This document shows positions 11,201-20,554 of a stretch of DNA of 64,000 bases, piece by piece. Position 1 is the first letter of the stretch, and each line of letters starts with the position of its first letter. This DNA is from a virus (lineage: Duplodnaviria > Caudoviricetes): IMG/VR virus record IMGVR_UViG_3300020367_000004, positions 1 through 64,000 of that record, one strand, 5' to 3'. The position numbers and the translations under genes were made by a program. The notes beneath the pieces were generated by a model. The model searched no databases. It saw nothing but the letters and a program-made list of their open reading frames with translations, and had not been told where the DNA came from.

Positions 11201-11875
11201 TCTAACCAGTTAGAATCTGTATTCTCAGGTCCTGTAACGATGCAGAAGAAACTGACATCACAGGATGAGATTCAGTCTCTTAAATTCACTTATAGTAATG
11301 ATGATGGTACTGTACTAAAACAAACATTCCTAGCAAATGAACTTGCTGGTGTACCCGATCTCGCTGCTGGATTAGCATTTAACAATGGCGACATATGTTA
11401 CAACATAGACTGGACCCCAGGTGCATCACTTGGTTGGGTTTATGATGCTGGCACATGGTATAAGATCGGATTGAGTGATACAGCACCGATCACATCACAA
11501 AGATATAGTGGTGTAACTCATTATGGTATTGGTATGGCACCTGACGCTTCAAATAGATTGAAGGTCAGTGGCAACACATTCTTCTCTGGTAACATAGATG
11601 TTACTGGAACTTATGGTGCTGCCGATAAATATAGATTGGCGACTGGTCTTGCGAATAGCAACAACGGTGTGACATATAGTGGAAATGGATCCACAGTTAC
11701 ATTTGCTATATCACCAGGGCACACCGCATTTTCTGTATTGGTATTCTTAAATGGTGTTTGCCAAGTCCCAGGTGTAGACTACACTGTGACTGGTAACGCA
11801 GTTGATTTTAGTATTGCTGGGGCGACAATCCCTGCATCAGGTGATGTGATTCAAATTCGTGAATTAGTAATCTAA
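8297..11875 (+). CDS. Large tail-fibre-like structural protein (1192 aa)
   Basis: MALTRLKN..GRIIYVNPDD..RPFKTLQRA N-terminus, beta-helix-like middle, C-terminal GNGSTVTF..VFLNGVCQ.PG.DY module; ATAAATA upstream at 8271. Confidence 0.75.
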   Translation: MALTRLKNIITSRTGRIIYVNPDDFDASDAYDNRGNSALRPFKTLQRAFLEVARFSYRVGLSNDEFDAFSIYLYPSEYVLDNRPGVADFNDVQPFDANSNFDLTSSSNVLYKFNSVRGGIICPRGVSVVGSDLRRTKIVPKYVPYPTVQGSLGITAVNEPGPTAIFRLTGGCYFWQMSFFDGDNNGVYYRSDDIGTIAPNFSHHKVTCFEYADVPDLNLYYQKISKAYATIPDSSGVVAQDQLQARIEENRIVGPISDEFAISQIIRNGQTATAFTVDELGNPKNHGFSVGVAVNISGVTGPTEQDQLLYNGSFLVTSAQGNQFTYQMSSEPSGNAIGSNILVKVEIDTVDSASPYVFNCSLRSVWGINGMHADGAFATGFKSMVVAQFTGISLQKDDRAFVVYNQSTGQYEPQAAGSGAHINGFAEYRRGWRHVHIHASNDSFIQVVSVFAVGFGDHFFSESGGDLSITNSNSNFGNTSLRSKGFKAAAFTKDKAGQITHVIPPKGLSDVSEVSINWVTIDITATKAEADASRLYLYGYTSELGKPPSKIQGYTIGARRDDVNTPDKIYVALVASGASEPTTHYAHISPAGPTVTGTKAGDDDSPLKFDSNRSQWYLQVDNANNTIYTTLQANSIYQNLGFTPTTFIRRIPDARDLNDRTYRFRYVLDKDAFPIPRPPITGFVLQPRSSESNSPAYSKTYYIYDVETFQTFERGVTDGIYYLTFLSASVSPGATNFNDFEFSQQTVDIYPSFDRDNPVADPAAAVSVADSEILGLVRTTDGATPTPNENTQLSITKETTQFFLQETENNLGYTTTVNTLTGIVVTARLGDEEERKIPLKLNPDNSVAPLQVELRRYSILRASGHTFEYLGFGPGNYSTAFPSTQVEVLSPEQVRLSQSLKEAAGVAYYSGVNSDGELFVGNQVINPVTGQITNEDIAQLNVLGEEGTTIETFSELVLTDKLTVIGGASNQLESVFSGPVTMQKKLTSQDEIQSLKFTYSNDDGTVLKQTFLANELAGVPDLAAGLAFNNGDICYNIDWTPGASLGWVYDAGTWYKIGLSDTAPITSQRYSGVTHYGIGMAPDASNRLKVSGNTFFSGNIDVTGTYGAADKYRLATGLANSNNGVTYSGNGSTVTFAISPGHTAFSVLVFLNGVCQVPGVDYTVTGNAVDFSIAGATIPASGDVIQIRELVI

Positions 11876-11886
11876 GGTAGAATCTA

Positions 11887-12753
11887 ATGTCAACCAAAAT
11901 AATTGGTAATCAGATTAGCGATGCGACAAGAGCAATTATTACTGCCCTGACTGTCACAGAACAAGTCAACTTACCCAGTTTAAATCAATCACAAATCAAT
12001 GCCCTTGGAACTGTTGCGTTAGGTACTATCATCTACAACAACAGCGAGAAGATTTTCCAAGGTTACTTACCTGATGTCAACGGACCAGGGTCACCAGGGT
12101 GGGATGACGTTGGTGGTGGTGGACCCAGTATTGGTGAAGATAGTATTATAAGAACGAACGGTACTACCATTTCTGAGAACCTAACAATAGGACCCAGTGC
12201 TAACAATGGTGTAGAGTTTACTAACGGTTTTACTGCTGCTCCTATTCAAGTTGCAAATGGTTATACTGTTACTATTGAAAATGGTGCAACATGGACTATT
12301 ATTGGTCCTGACGAAGATCTTAGTGCATATAGATATTACAATAACTTAGGTATTAACCAGCATCTAAGAATGGTGCCAGGGTCTACCTTTGAGTTCGGAC
12401 AAACAAAAGAAAGAATACTATCGTTTGCTAAGTCATCTACTGTAACTGTGGATCATAGTCAAGCAAACGTATTTGAAACCAAGAACCCAACAGGGTATAA
12501 CGGTAATATTACTATGAACTTTAATAATGTACCGAATGAGTCTGGTATCATGTACAACGGATCAGTGCTTATATACCAACGAAATGGTAATGGTGCTATT
12601 ACATCTGTACAGGTAAATGGTAGTACAGCAGACACACATTTTAACGTAGATGACTTGACCCCAGCAGAATATGCAAACTCATATCAGTGTATGTTCTACT
12701 TAGAGGGTTCTCAGTGGACTTGTTTTGTCATGGTAACGAATTTCGCTAGTTAA
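11887..12753 (+). CDS. Short tail-fibre-like protein
   Basis: GGGPSIGEDSIIRTN..TVTIENGATWTII fibre motif; beta-rich C-terminal domain. Confidence 0.65.
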   Translation: MSTKIIGNQISDATRAIITALTVTEQVNLPSLNQSQINALGTVALGTIIYNNSEKIFQGYLPDVNGPGSPGWDDVGGGGPSIGEDSIIRTNGTTISENLTIGPSANNGVEFTNGFTAAPIQVANGYTVTIENGATWTIIGPDEDLSAYRYYNNLGINQHLRMVPGSTFEFGQTKERILSFAKSSTVTVDHSQANVFETKNPTGYNGNITMNFNNVPNESGIMYNGSVLIYQRNGNGAITSVQVNGSTADTHFNVDDLTPAEYANSYQCMFYLEGSQWTCFVMVTNFAS

Positions 12754-12758
12754 TTATT

Positions 12759-13700
12759 ATGCCTATTGGAACCAATAAACTTATGCAAATGGGTGGTGGA
12801 GGAGGAGACTCTACACCATACATTGCTGCATCTGGTGGATCTCTTTCAACTGGTTCTAATAGTGATGCAGACAATATACCACTTACTCTACACTCATGGC
12901 AGTCTAGTGGTACAAGCACATTCAGTATAAATGATATATCAGGGTCAGGAGAAGGTGTCATCTATGTATGGGCATGGGGTGGTGCAGGAGGAAACGGTGG
13001 ACAAGGTGGAAATGGTGGTGGTTCTGGTGGATTTGCATTTGGAAGTTTTCCAGTAACAGCAGGACAAAGTTTTAGAGTCGCAGTCGGTGGTGGCGGTGGA
13101 AATGGTAGTGGTTGCTATGGTTGTTGGGGAGCAGGAGGAGCAGGAAGTAATGGAAGTTCATGGTGTAATGGAGGACAAGGAAGGTATGCAGGATGTCGAG
13201 GATGTTCCGCTGGTGGCGGGGGTGGCGGTGCTGGAACCGTCTTATACAATGGTACCGAAGCATTTGGGAACATATGGTTAGTCGCTGGCGGTGGCGGTGG
13301 CGGAGGTGGTCGCGAAGGTTGCGGTGGTGCAGGACAAGGTGGTGGTGGAAATCAAAACGGTCAAGGTGGTTCGTGCAGTGCAGGAGGAGGTTCGTGTTGT
13401 GCACAAGGTGGTGGCGGAGTAGGTTCTAATGGACGCCCAGGTGGAGATCGCTCTGGCGGTGGCGGTGGCGGAGGAGGTTACGCAGGCGGTAACGTCGGTG
13501 GAGACCCAGGATGTGACTGTCATGGTGCAGCAGGCGGTGGCGGTGGATCTAACTTCGTTATTGGATCAGCGTTATCATCAAGAACTGCTGCTGGAAACTA
13601 CGGTACCCCAGGGGAATCTAGTCATGGATTTAGAAATGGTGCAGGACAGAGAAATGGTGGTACAGGTAGAATTGTTATTGGTTACGAGAGGCAAACTTAA
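12759..13700 (+). CDS. Glycine-rich (polyglycine) adhesin-like protein with 11 Cys
   Basis: WGGAGG, VGGGGG, LVAGGGGGGG, GGGGSN, GRIVI pattern of polyglycine-II sandwich domains; follows the fibre gene. Confidence 0.65.
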   Translation: MPIGTNKLMQMGGGGGDSTPYIAASGGSLSTGSNSDADNIPLTLHSWQSSGTSTFSINDISGSGEGVIYVWAWGGAGGNGGQGGNGGGSGGFAFGSFPVTAGQSFRVAVGGGGGNGSGCYGCWGAGGAGSNGSSWCNGGQGRYAGCRGCSAGGGGGGAGTVLYNGTEAFGNIWLVAGGGGGGGGREGCGGAGQGGGGNQNGQGGSCSAGGGSCCAQGGGGVGSNGRPGGDRSGGGGGGGGYAGGNVGGDPGCDCHGAAGGGGGSNFVIGSALSSRTAAGNYGTPGESSHGFRNGAGQRNGGTGRIVIGYERQT

Positions 13701-14278
13701 TGGAATTTACTAACATTGACAATGGTGGTGTCGACACCATCACAGACGTACAACGTCACACACATTTCAATTTCATCATAGATATTGATAAGCAGAGTAT
13801 TATGATTTCTCGCAGTATATTTCATGCACCAAATATACAGTGTCATGTTGGTGCTATCAAGAATGGTAGTAATGGATCTTATTTTACTGAATATGATAAC
13901 CTTAAATATGGTATAGACATCATAAGACAGAAAGATAAGGCAAGTATCTATTCAATTACACATGACGGTCCAATAGCATCAGACCAATCATGTTTCGAGG
14001 AAATATGGATCAGTGGTTTCTCTGACGGTGACCACATAGAAGAAGGCACTAATCTATATGATGCAACATTCTGGTTTGTTGAAGGAGACAGTCCAGTAGT
14101 AGAACAGAAAATTGTATTCAACATACAACCGTGTAATCACGACACCCCAGGGACTTTTGAGCGTTCTGCTATAAATAAGATGATATATAACCCAGGGTAT
14201 TATCCTACTGACGAAGAGTGGGAAGCACATCAAAAGTATTTGGAAGATGGGGCGACACGTCCTATTGCTCCCAATTAG
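13700..14278 (+). CDS. Hypothetical protein (192 aa)
   Basis: TAATG coupling with the glycine-rich gene. Confidence 0.75.
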   Translation: MEFTNIDNGGVDTITDVQRHTHFNFIIDIDKQSIMISRSIFHAPNIQCHVGAIKNGSNGSYFTEYDNLKYGIDIIRQKDKASIYSITHDGPIASDQSCFEEIWISGFSDGDHIEEGTNLYDATFWFVEGDSPVVEQKIVFNIQPCNHDTPGTFERSAINKMIYNPGYYPTDEEWEAHQKYLEDGATRPIAPN

Positions 14279-14301
14279 ATAAATAAAAGAAAAGGTATCA
14301 A

Positions 14302-15105
14302 ATGACTCGGTTAACCGTTGCACAAGTTAAAGACCTTAGTAATCAAGGTGGTATGTCGTTCTCAAACGGAACGATAACTGCTAATGGTACCCTCAATGTC
14401 ACTAATATTGTTATAAATGGAAATGTATCAGGTTCATCAGGTTATATTGTTCCATCGCAGTCAGGACAATCAGGATCATTTTTAAGCACTAATGGATCAC
14501 AGATCCAGTGGGTTGGAAACTCAACAAACAAAGGTATTCCAAATGGAATTTCAGTATATAATGGTAACTCTACATGGAACAAACCAAGTGGAGTAAAAAG
14601 GATTTGGGTTAAATGCACAGGTGGTGGTGGAGGTGGTTCTGGTTATGGAGAATCAGGTGCTGCTGGTGCCCATACAGAAACATTTGTTGATGTAGCAAAC
14701 ATCAATAGTATTTCAGTAACAGTTGGTGGTGCTGGTGGTGGTACTAACTATTCTGGTCGTGCTGGAAATGGTGGTACATCATCATTTGGTAACTATTGTT
14801 CATCAGGTGGTGGTCAAGGTGCCAACAGGAGACAACAACATGATGGTGCCACAGGTGGTAACCCCAACCAAGGTTCAGTAAGAATCTATGGTGGTTCATC
14901 ACAGGGTCATAGAAACCCACCAGGGTTAGGACATGGCGGACACAGTTTCTGGGGTGGATCTGCGCCCACTTCTCATAGACAACAACAATGGGCACAACGA
15001 CATCGTGCTCATGCTGCATTTGGAGCAGGCGGTTCATCTGCAAGAAACAGAGAACGTGGTGGAGACGGACGTCAAGGAATCGTGGTTGTCTACGAATTTA
15101 TTTGA
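14302..15105 (+). CDS. Glycine-rich tail-associated protein, paralogue 1
   Basis: TWNKPSGVKRIWVKCTGGGGGG...GIVVVYEF glycine-rich domain. Confidence 0.75.
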   Translation: MTRLTVAQVKDLSNQGGMSFSNGTITANGTLNVTNIVINGNVSGSSGYIVPSQSGQSGSFLSTNGSQIQWVGNSTNKGIPNGISVYNGNSTWNKPSGVKRIWVKCTGGGGGGSGYGESGAAGAHTETFVDVANINSISVTVGGAGGGTNYSGRAGNGGTSSFGNYCSSGGGQGANRRQQHDGATGGNPNQGSVRIYGGSSQGHRNPPGLGHGGHSFWGGSAPTSHRQQQWAQRHRAHAAFGAGGSSARNRERGGDGRQGIVVVYEFI

Positions 15106-15113
15106 TATAAATA
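15106..15113 (+). promoter_or_regulatory. T4-type late promoter TATAAATA
   Basis: Exact consensus between the two paralogues; another exact copy at 14170-14177. Confidence 0.7.
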
Positions 15114-15137
15114 ACAACGAAGGAGATTTAGTACCCA

Positions 15138-15938
15138 ATGAGTACCCTTAAAGTAACATCAATTAGAGACCTCTCAGGTTCTGGTGGATTAAACCTAAGT
15201 TCTGGTTCCATCACAGTGAACGGTACTCTTACTGTAAGCAACATTAATATTAACGGAACAATAGCAGGGTCATCTGCACAAGTTATTCCGTCAGTATCAG
15301 GACAGTCAGGTAAATTCCTGACAACAAACGGTAGTACAATGTCATGGGGTACTATTGAATCAGGTGGTGGACCAAAATCCATTTCAGTGTATAATGGTAA
15401 TAGTACATGGAATAAACCGTCAGGTATCAAACGTATCTGGGTTATGTGTACTGGTGGCGGTGGCGGTGGATCAGGTTATGGTGAATCAGCGGGTGCTGGT
15501 GCACACACAGAATCCATAGTCAACGTTGAGAATATCAACTCTATCTCTGTTACCGTTGGTGGTGCGGGTGGTGGAACTGGTTACTCAGGTCGTGGTGGTA
15601 ACGGAGGAACTTCATCCTTTGGTAACTACGTCTCATCTGGTGGTGGACAGGGTGCTAACAGACGTCAACAGCATGAAGGTGCTACTGGCGGAAGTCCAAA
15701 CCAAGGTTCAGTTAGAATCTATGGTGGTTCTGGACAAGGACATAGAAACCCACCAGGGTTAGGTCATGGTGGAACATCTTTCTGGGGTGGTTCTGCTCCT
15801 ACTGCTCACAGACAGCAGCAGTGGGCACAGCGTCATAGAGCACACGCTGCATATGGTGCGGGTGGTAGTTCTGGTAGAAACTCTGAAAGGGGTGGAGACG
15901 GACGCCAAGGTATTGTAGTAGTTTACGAATTCGATTAA
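15138..15938 (+). CDS. Glycine-rich tail-associated protein, paralogue 2
   Basis: Colinear and highly similar to 14302-15105. Confidence 0.75.
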   Translation: MSTLKVTSIRDLSGSGGLNLSSGSITVNGTLTVSNININGTIAGSSAQVIPSVSGQSGKFLTTNGSTMSWGTIESGGGPKSISVYNGNSTWNKPSGIKRIWVMCTGGGGGGSGYGESAGAGAHTESIVNVENINSISVTVGGAGGGTGYSGRGGNGGTSSFGNYVSSGGGQGANRRQQHEGATGGSPNQGSVRIYGGSGQGHRNPPGLGHGGTSFWGGSAPTAHRQQQWAQRHRAHAAYGAGGSSGRNSERGGDGRQGIVVVYEFD

Positions 15939-15940
15939 CA

Positions 15941-16471
15941 ATGGGAAAAAGAGCATTAGTCCGTGCAGACGGATTTATTACAGACATCGTTGAAGCAGGA
16001 AGCGAATTCGAGGTCTATACAGGTCCAGGGTCCGCTATGAAGTGGATGGATATACCTGACGAAGCATCTAACTTATGGAAGATGGAACTAGGAGAGTGGA
16101 TTCCAGATTTTGAATACCACGACCCAGAATTAATTCGCCAAGTAAGTTATGGCGACCCAGGGTTGCAACTTTCTATGATCTATAATGACATCAAGAATGG
16201 TACATTAGATCAGACAGGTGAGTTTTTCAATCACATCAAGAAAGTTAAAGAAGAGTGCCCGAAAGTAGAATATGAAGAAGTAGAAGTATTAGATGAAATG
16301 ACTGGCGAAACTCATATGGAGACACAGAAAGTGTTACCAGATGAACCATTCCCACATGATGAAACAATGCCTGCATGGATGGGTCCAGAGGAAATGCCAG
16401 AAGAAGTTCAGATAGAATTTAAGATAGGAAAATACGATCCAGAGAACGAAGAACAAGTACCTGACGCTTAA
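15941..16471 (+). CDS. Putative tail-fibre assembly/chaperone-like protein
   Basis: YGDPGLQLSMIYNDIKNG..TGEFFNHIKKVKEECPK resembles the Y-P..QL..L..D...I..VK...PK motif of fibre-associated small proteins. Confidence 0.5.
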   Translation: MGKRALVRADGFITDIVEAGSEFEVYTGPGSAMKWMDIPDEASNLWKMELGEWIPDFEYHDPELIRQVSYGDPGLQLSMIYNDIKNGTLDQTGEFFNHIKKVKEECPKVEYEEVEVLDEMTGETHMETQKVLPDEPFPHDETMPAWMGPEEMPEEVQIEFKIGKYDPENEEQVPDA

Positions 16472-16479
16472 CTTACATA

Positions 16480-18048
16480 ATGCAAATTCGTAATGTACTC
16501 ATTGTGGGAGGTGGTACCGCAGGATGGATGACTGCTACCGCCTTAGTGAAACTTTGCCCACATATTAAAACCAGTCTAATAGAGTCGAAAGATCAACCCA
16601 TCATAGGTGTAGGAGAGTCTACCCTAGGGCAGATCAACGACTTTTTTGCGTTATTAGACTTGAATGATGAAGAATGGATGAAGGAGACAGGAAGCACATA
16701 TAAATCCAACATAAGATTTACTGATTTCTATAAGAAAGGAGAGACATGGGATTATCCCTTTGGTAAATCTACTATTGTAGATGATCTACCACATGGGTGG
16801 ATGTCATGGTTTGCTCTGAATATAGAGAAACCAGAGAAGTTTACAAGAGATACATTTGCTCGATCTATGAATATCATAGGTCATCTAGCATATGCCAATA
16901 AACTAACAAGATGTGATAAGTTTCCTTTCGATCATGATACTGCATATCATATGGACGCAGTTAAGTTTGGTCAGTGGTTACGAGATAATAGATGTCAAGA
17001 AGTAAATCATATGTATGGACACATCACAGGGTGTGTAAAAGATGAGCATGGTAACATTGACATATTATATGCAGGAAGTAAAGAACTAAAATATGATTTG
17101 TATATAGACTGCACAGGGTTCAACTCAGTATTATTAGAAGGTATTATGAACGTACCTTTTAAATCATTTCATGTAAATGAAGGTGGTTGTTTGTTAAATG
17201 ACACAGCAGTTACATGTCATATGCCACATGAACAACCACACTTGGAAGTTACTAATACAACTACATGTACAGCAATAGACAATGGTTGGGTCTGGGACGT
17301 ACCATTATGGGAGAGATCAGGGTGTGGTTATGTACACTCAAAAGATTTTGCAAAGAATCCAGAAGAAGAACTATATCAATACCTAGTTAGAAGAAGTGGT
17401 AAGTATAGAGCAGACCAAGCAAAGTTTAGGACAGTACCATTTAGAAATGGTAAACATGAAAAAGCATGGGAGAAGAATGTAGTAGCAGTTGGGTTAGCAA
17501 ACTGTTTTGTTGAACCATTAGAAGCAACAGGACTACTAACAACACATGAACAGATCATTAGAATCTGTAACACTTTGAAAGGTAGAGAGGGATTTGTACC
17601 CAAAGTTGAAGCAGATATGCTAAACTTAGTGAATGATCTTGAAATAGAAGGATTCAAGAATTTCATTGCTGCTCATTATGCCTTTTCTGCTCGGGAAACA
17701 CCCTATTGGCAAACCGTAGCAAATGATGTAGAATATGATTTTACGACTGCATCACTAGATAATCTATTTGTTAAATATAGTTCTGAAAAGCATGTTACCT
17801 ATGAATGGTCTGGCGATCAAAACTATAATGACGGACTTAGATACATAGGAGCAGGCATGGGTTTTAATCCGCTAAATAAATTTACATTGAAACTTACCCG
17901 ACTACAAAATCAACTATCAGAGGCAGCGGACAAGATTGAACTTGACAAAGCAGAGTTGTTATTTGACGGTTGGAACAAAGCAATGTATCATTGGTGTGAT
18001 GATCTACCCTCGTCATACGAATTCCAAAAGCAAACTATTTACAGTTAA
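16480..18048 (+). CDS. Flavin-dependent tryptophan halogenase family protein (PrnA-like)
   Basis: IVGGGTAG FAD motif, IGVGEST, TYK catalytic Lys, YIDCTGF, GWVWDVP, CFVEPLEATG. Confidence 0.92.
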   Translation: MQIRNVLIVGGGTAGWMTATALVKLCPHIKTSLIESKDQPIIGVGESTLGQINDFFALLDLNDEEWMKETGSTYKSNIRFTDFYKKGETWDYPFGKSTIVDDLPHGWMSWFALNIEKPEKFTRDTFARSMNIIGHLAYANKLTRCDKFPFDHDTAYHMDAVKFGQWLRDNRCQEVNHMYGHITGCVKDEHGNIDILYAGSKELKYDLYIDCTGFNSVLLEGIMNVPFKSFHVNEGGCLLNDTAVTCHMPHEQPHLEVTNTTTCTAIDNGWVWDVPLWERSGCGYVHSKDFAKNPEEELYQYLVRRSGKYRADQAKFRTVPFRNGKHEKAWEKNVVAVGLANCFVEPLEATGLLTTHEQIIRICNTLKGREGFVPKVEADMLNLVNDLEIEGFKNFIAAHYAFSARETPYWQTVANDVEYDFTTASLDNLFVKYSSEKHVTYEWSGDQNYNDGLRYIGAGMGFNPLNKFTLKLTRLQNQLSEAADKIELDKAELLFDGWNKAMYHWCDDLPSSYEFQKQTIYS

Positions 18049-18050
18049 TT

Positions 18051-18530
18051 ATGACAGTACCATTAGATGTAGTATTACCTGACGGAGAATCGTCAGAAGT
18101 GCCCGAAATGCCTGAGCAAATTACAGAGGTAGATACTGCAAAAGACGCAGTTAAATCATTTGAAGATCTCTGGTTAAATTTACGCTATCAGCACAGAGAA
18201 AAGTATAAAGAATATACTGAACTACAAGCATCACTATCTGCTATGAACTTTGAGTCAGCAGAGACAAGAGTTGACTTCACTAGAATGAATGAAATGCGTG
18301 ATGATATTGTTAAACTAGAAGGTGGTTTAGAAACATTAAATCTATACAGAACCCTAGTATTAGGAGTAGAAGCAGAACCTTGGTTAGAGATTGAAATCCA
18401 AGAGAAGCGTAAGAAGATTAAAGTTAGAACTAACTCTAAGTATTCTAAAAAAGGTGGAGATTATTCCAAGTATGCTAACTGGGAAGCAGATGCAACTAAG
18501 ACTGATGCTGACGTAAACGTTCCTAAGTAA
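18051..18530 (+). CDS. Hypothetical coiled-coil protein (159 aa)
   Basis: Packed ORF, charged helical sequence. Confidence 0.7.
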   Translation: MTVPLDVVLPDGESSEVPEMPEQITEVDTAKDAVKSFEDLWLNLRYQHREKYKEYTELQASLSAMNFESAETRVDFTRMNEMRDDIVKLEGGLETLNLYRTLVLGVEAEPWLEIEIQEKRKKIKVRTNSKYSKKGGDYSKYANWEADATKTDADVNVPK

Positions 18531-19211
18531 ATGATGAATCTTGATTATATTTTTCCCACACCAATTTGGTGGGTTGATTTGAAGATTGACGTGCAAAAAA
18601 TGCAGGATATTTGTTATGAAATAGCAAATACTATGGAGGGTAAAGCACGAAGTAATCGGGGTATATTGAATTATCAATCCCCTGATTTTATGGGAGAACA
18701 AGTAATCGAAGATTTAGATAATGGAACTCATGTAGATGAGTTTGGTTTATTATTAAAAGATATTAAATCAAATGCACTAGAATGTTATAAAACATTTGGT
18801 CCAATGTCTACTGAATTATCATTTGCAAATGCGTGGATTAATGTAAATGGAAATGGAGGATATAACGAGGTACATACACACCCAGGGTGTGTAATATCTG
18901 GTGTATATTATGTTAAAGTACCAACCACAGGTGAACCAGGGCAGATATGTTTTCACCGTGATGGCACTGATGGTTATGTATTACATAGTCTCGGTGTAGC
19001 AGAAGATATGAGTACAGCAGAAGTACCTCATACCAGTAGTACTTGGTCTTATCCACCAGTAGAAGGTAGGTTAATCTTGTTTCCTGCTTGGTTAAGTCAT
19101 GGAGTTAGAGAGAATGAAACTGACGAAGATCGTATCAGTATTTCATTCAACTTAGTTCCTAAAAGATCAAAACAAGATCTGTTGAATATTGTTAGAAACA
19201 ATGCTACTTAA
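18531..19211 (+). CDS. 2OG-Fe(II) oxygenase-like protein (TIGR02466-like, HxH)
   Basis: IFPTPI; WINVN..HTHP..ISGVYYV; LFPAWLSHGV..RISISFN. Confidence 0.88.
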   Translation: MMNLDYIFPTPIWWVDLKIDVQKMQDICYEIANTMEGKARSNRGILNYQSPDFMGEQVIEDLDNGTHVDEFGLLLKDIKSNALECYKTFGPMSTELSFANAWINVNGNGGYNEVHTHPGCVISGVYYVKVPTTGEPGQICFHRDGTDGYVLHSLGVAEDMSTAEVPHTSSTWSYPPVEGRLILFPAWLSHGVRENETDEDRISISFNLVPKRSKQDLLNIVRNNAT

Positions 19212-19863
19212 TGTATTCCCAACACTCATACGATTTGGTACGATAACACCCTCTGAGAGCGACCTAGAAGCGTCTCTGAGCGTCTTAAATGCCTATTTTG
19301 ACCAATCCAGTAAAGGAGACTATGGTTTAGAATCTGGATTGTCTACTGGTTCACAACGTGGTGGTAAAGAGTTATTCGATCATGAAGAATTAGACTGGTT
19401 GACACACCCTATCATGGTAGAAGCAGCAGACTATTGGAGGAATGATCTAAACTATCGTAGAGACTGGCACATATATTTGGATAGTATGTGGAGTAATAAG
19501 CACAGCGAAGGAGATACTACTGGCGAACATTGTCATAAATCAGGTAGAGGTAAGTCAGATGTATCAATAGTATATTATTTACAGAAACAAAAAGGTGCAG
19601 GCAATATAGAATTTAAGAATCCATTAGAACATATATGGAGAATGTTACCACTTGATGAAGATTATGATGATTGGGTAAGAGACGATTACTATCATCAAGG
19701 AGTACAATATGATTGGCAAGAGGTAGATGCAGAGTCATATAATTATATAATATTTCCCTCATGGTTAAAGCATAGAACACAACCCAGTAAAGGAGATAGA
19801 ATTGCTATTAGTATTAACGTAGCGGGTTGCCCTATTGACCCAACAGAGGGCGATTTTGATTGA
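19201..19863 (+). CDS. 2OG-Fe(II) oxygenase-like protein (HxH)
   Basis: WSNKH..HCH..SIVYYL; IFPSWLKHRT..RIAISIN; start adjusted to ATG 19201. Confidence 0.85.
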   Translation: MLLNVFPTLIRFGTITPSESDLEASLSVLNAYFDQSSKGDYGLESGLSTGSQRGGKELFDHEELDWLTHPIMVEAADYWRNDLNYRRDWHIYLDSMWSNKHSEGDTTGEHCHKSGRGKSDVSIVYYLQKQKGAGNIEFKNPLEHIWRMLPLDEDYDDWVRDDYYHQGVQYDWQEVDAESYNYIIFPSWLKHRTQPSKGDRIAISINVAGCPIDPTEGDFD

Positions 19864-20554
19864 GTTACCATTCTTAGACCCAACTGTATTTTATGCAGAT
19901 GATAGACCAAGGGTATGGAGAAAGGCAGTACCTAAATTTGTGACGTGGGAAGACGCAGAAAATGCCCTAAATGCCCCTTGGAATCACGTTATCACAGTTA
20001 TAGATGACTATGGTAAACGTATGGATTTAGATATGGTAGAGGAACCTTGGTTCTACAAACAGGTACCAAAGAAGAAAGAACTATTTGAGTTAGCGAATGA
20101 AGGTTATACGATTAACATATGTCAGTATGGTCATGGGAACACATATATTGAGAAATTATTGAAAACTATTGAGTCCACGTTTGATGGGTGTAGTGACTGT
20201 CATATCTTTATTACTACTGGTGTGGACAACTCACACCCCTCATTTAAACCACATTTTGATAAACCTTGTAACTTTATTATGCAGATGGAAGGTAAGACTA
20301 GATGGAAGGTATATAACGAGAGGTGTAGTGAATTACTTGAAGGCACAGACCCACCATACACACCAAATGAAGATGAATTAACAATCGCAATAGATACTGT
20401 ACTTGAACAGGGAGACGTGTTATACTTTGGTAGTAGACACTATCATAATACTGAACATAAAGAAGGTTCAAGATTATCAGTTAGCATACCTACTTGGTTT
20501 CCTAAAAGATGTGAATGTTCAGACAGGAGACACTATAAATTATTACATGAATAA
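19856..20554 (+). CDS. JmjC/cupin_4 family oxygenase, paralogue 1
   Basis: HFD..NFIMQMEGKTRWKVY..LEQGDVLYF..HYH..RLSVS; TTG start after AGAGGG. Confidence 0.82.
   Translation: MIELPFLDPTVFYADDRPRVWRKAVPKFVTWEDAENALNAPWNHVITVIDDYGKRMDLDMVEEPWFYKQVPKKKELFELANEGYTINICQYGHGNTYIEKLLKTIESTFDGCSDCHIFITTGVDNSHPSFKPHFDKPCNFIMQMEGKTRWKVYNERCSELLEGTDPPYTPNEDELTIAIDTVLEQGDVLYFGSRHYHNTEHKEGSRLSVSIPTWFPKRCECSDRRHYKLLHE

Noticed and set aside
12960-13660. GC-rich GGTGGCGGT stretch as a foreign insertion or microsatellite
   Set aside because: Explained by polyglycine codons
14302-15938. Diversity-generating retroelement template/variable pair
   Set aside because: Both copies are full ORFs, differences are mostly synonymous rather than adenine-specific, and there is no reverse transcriptase in the window
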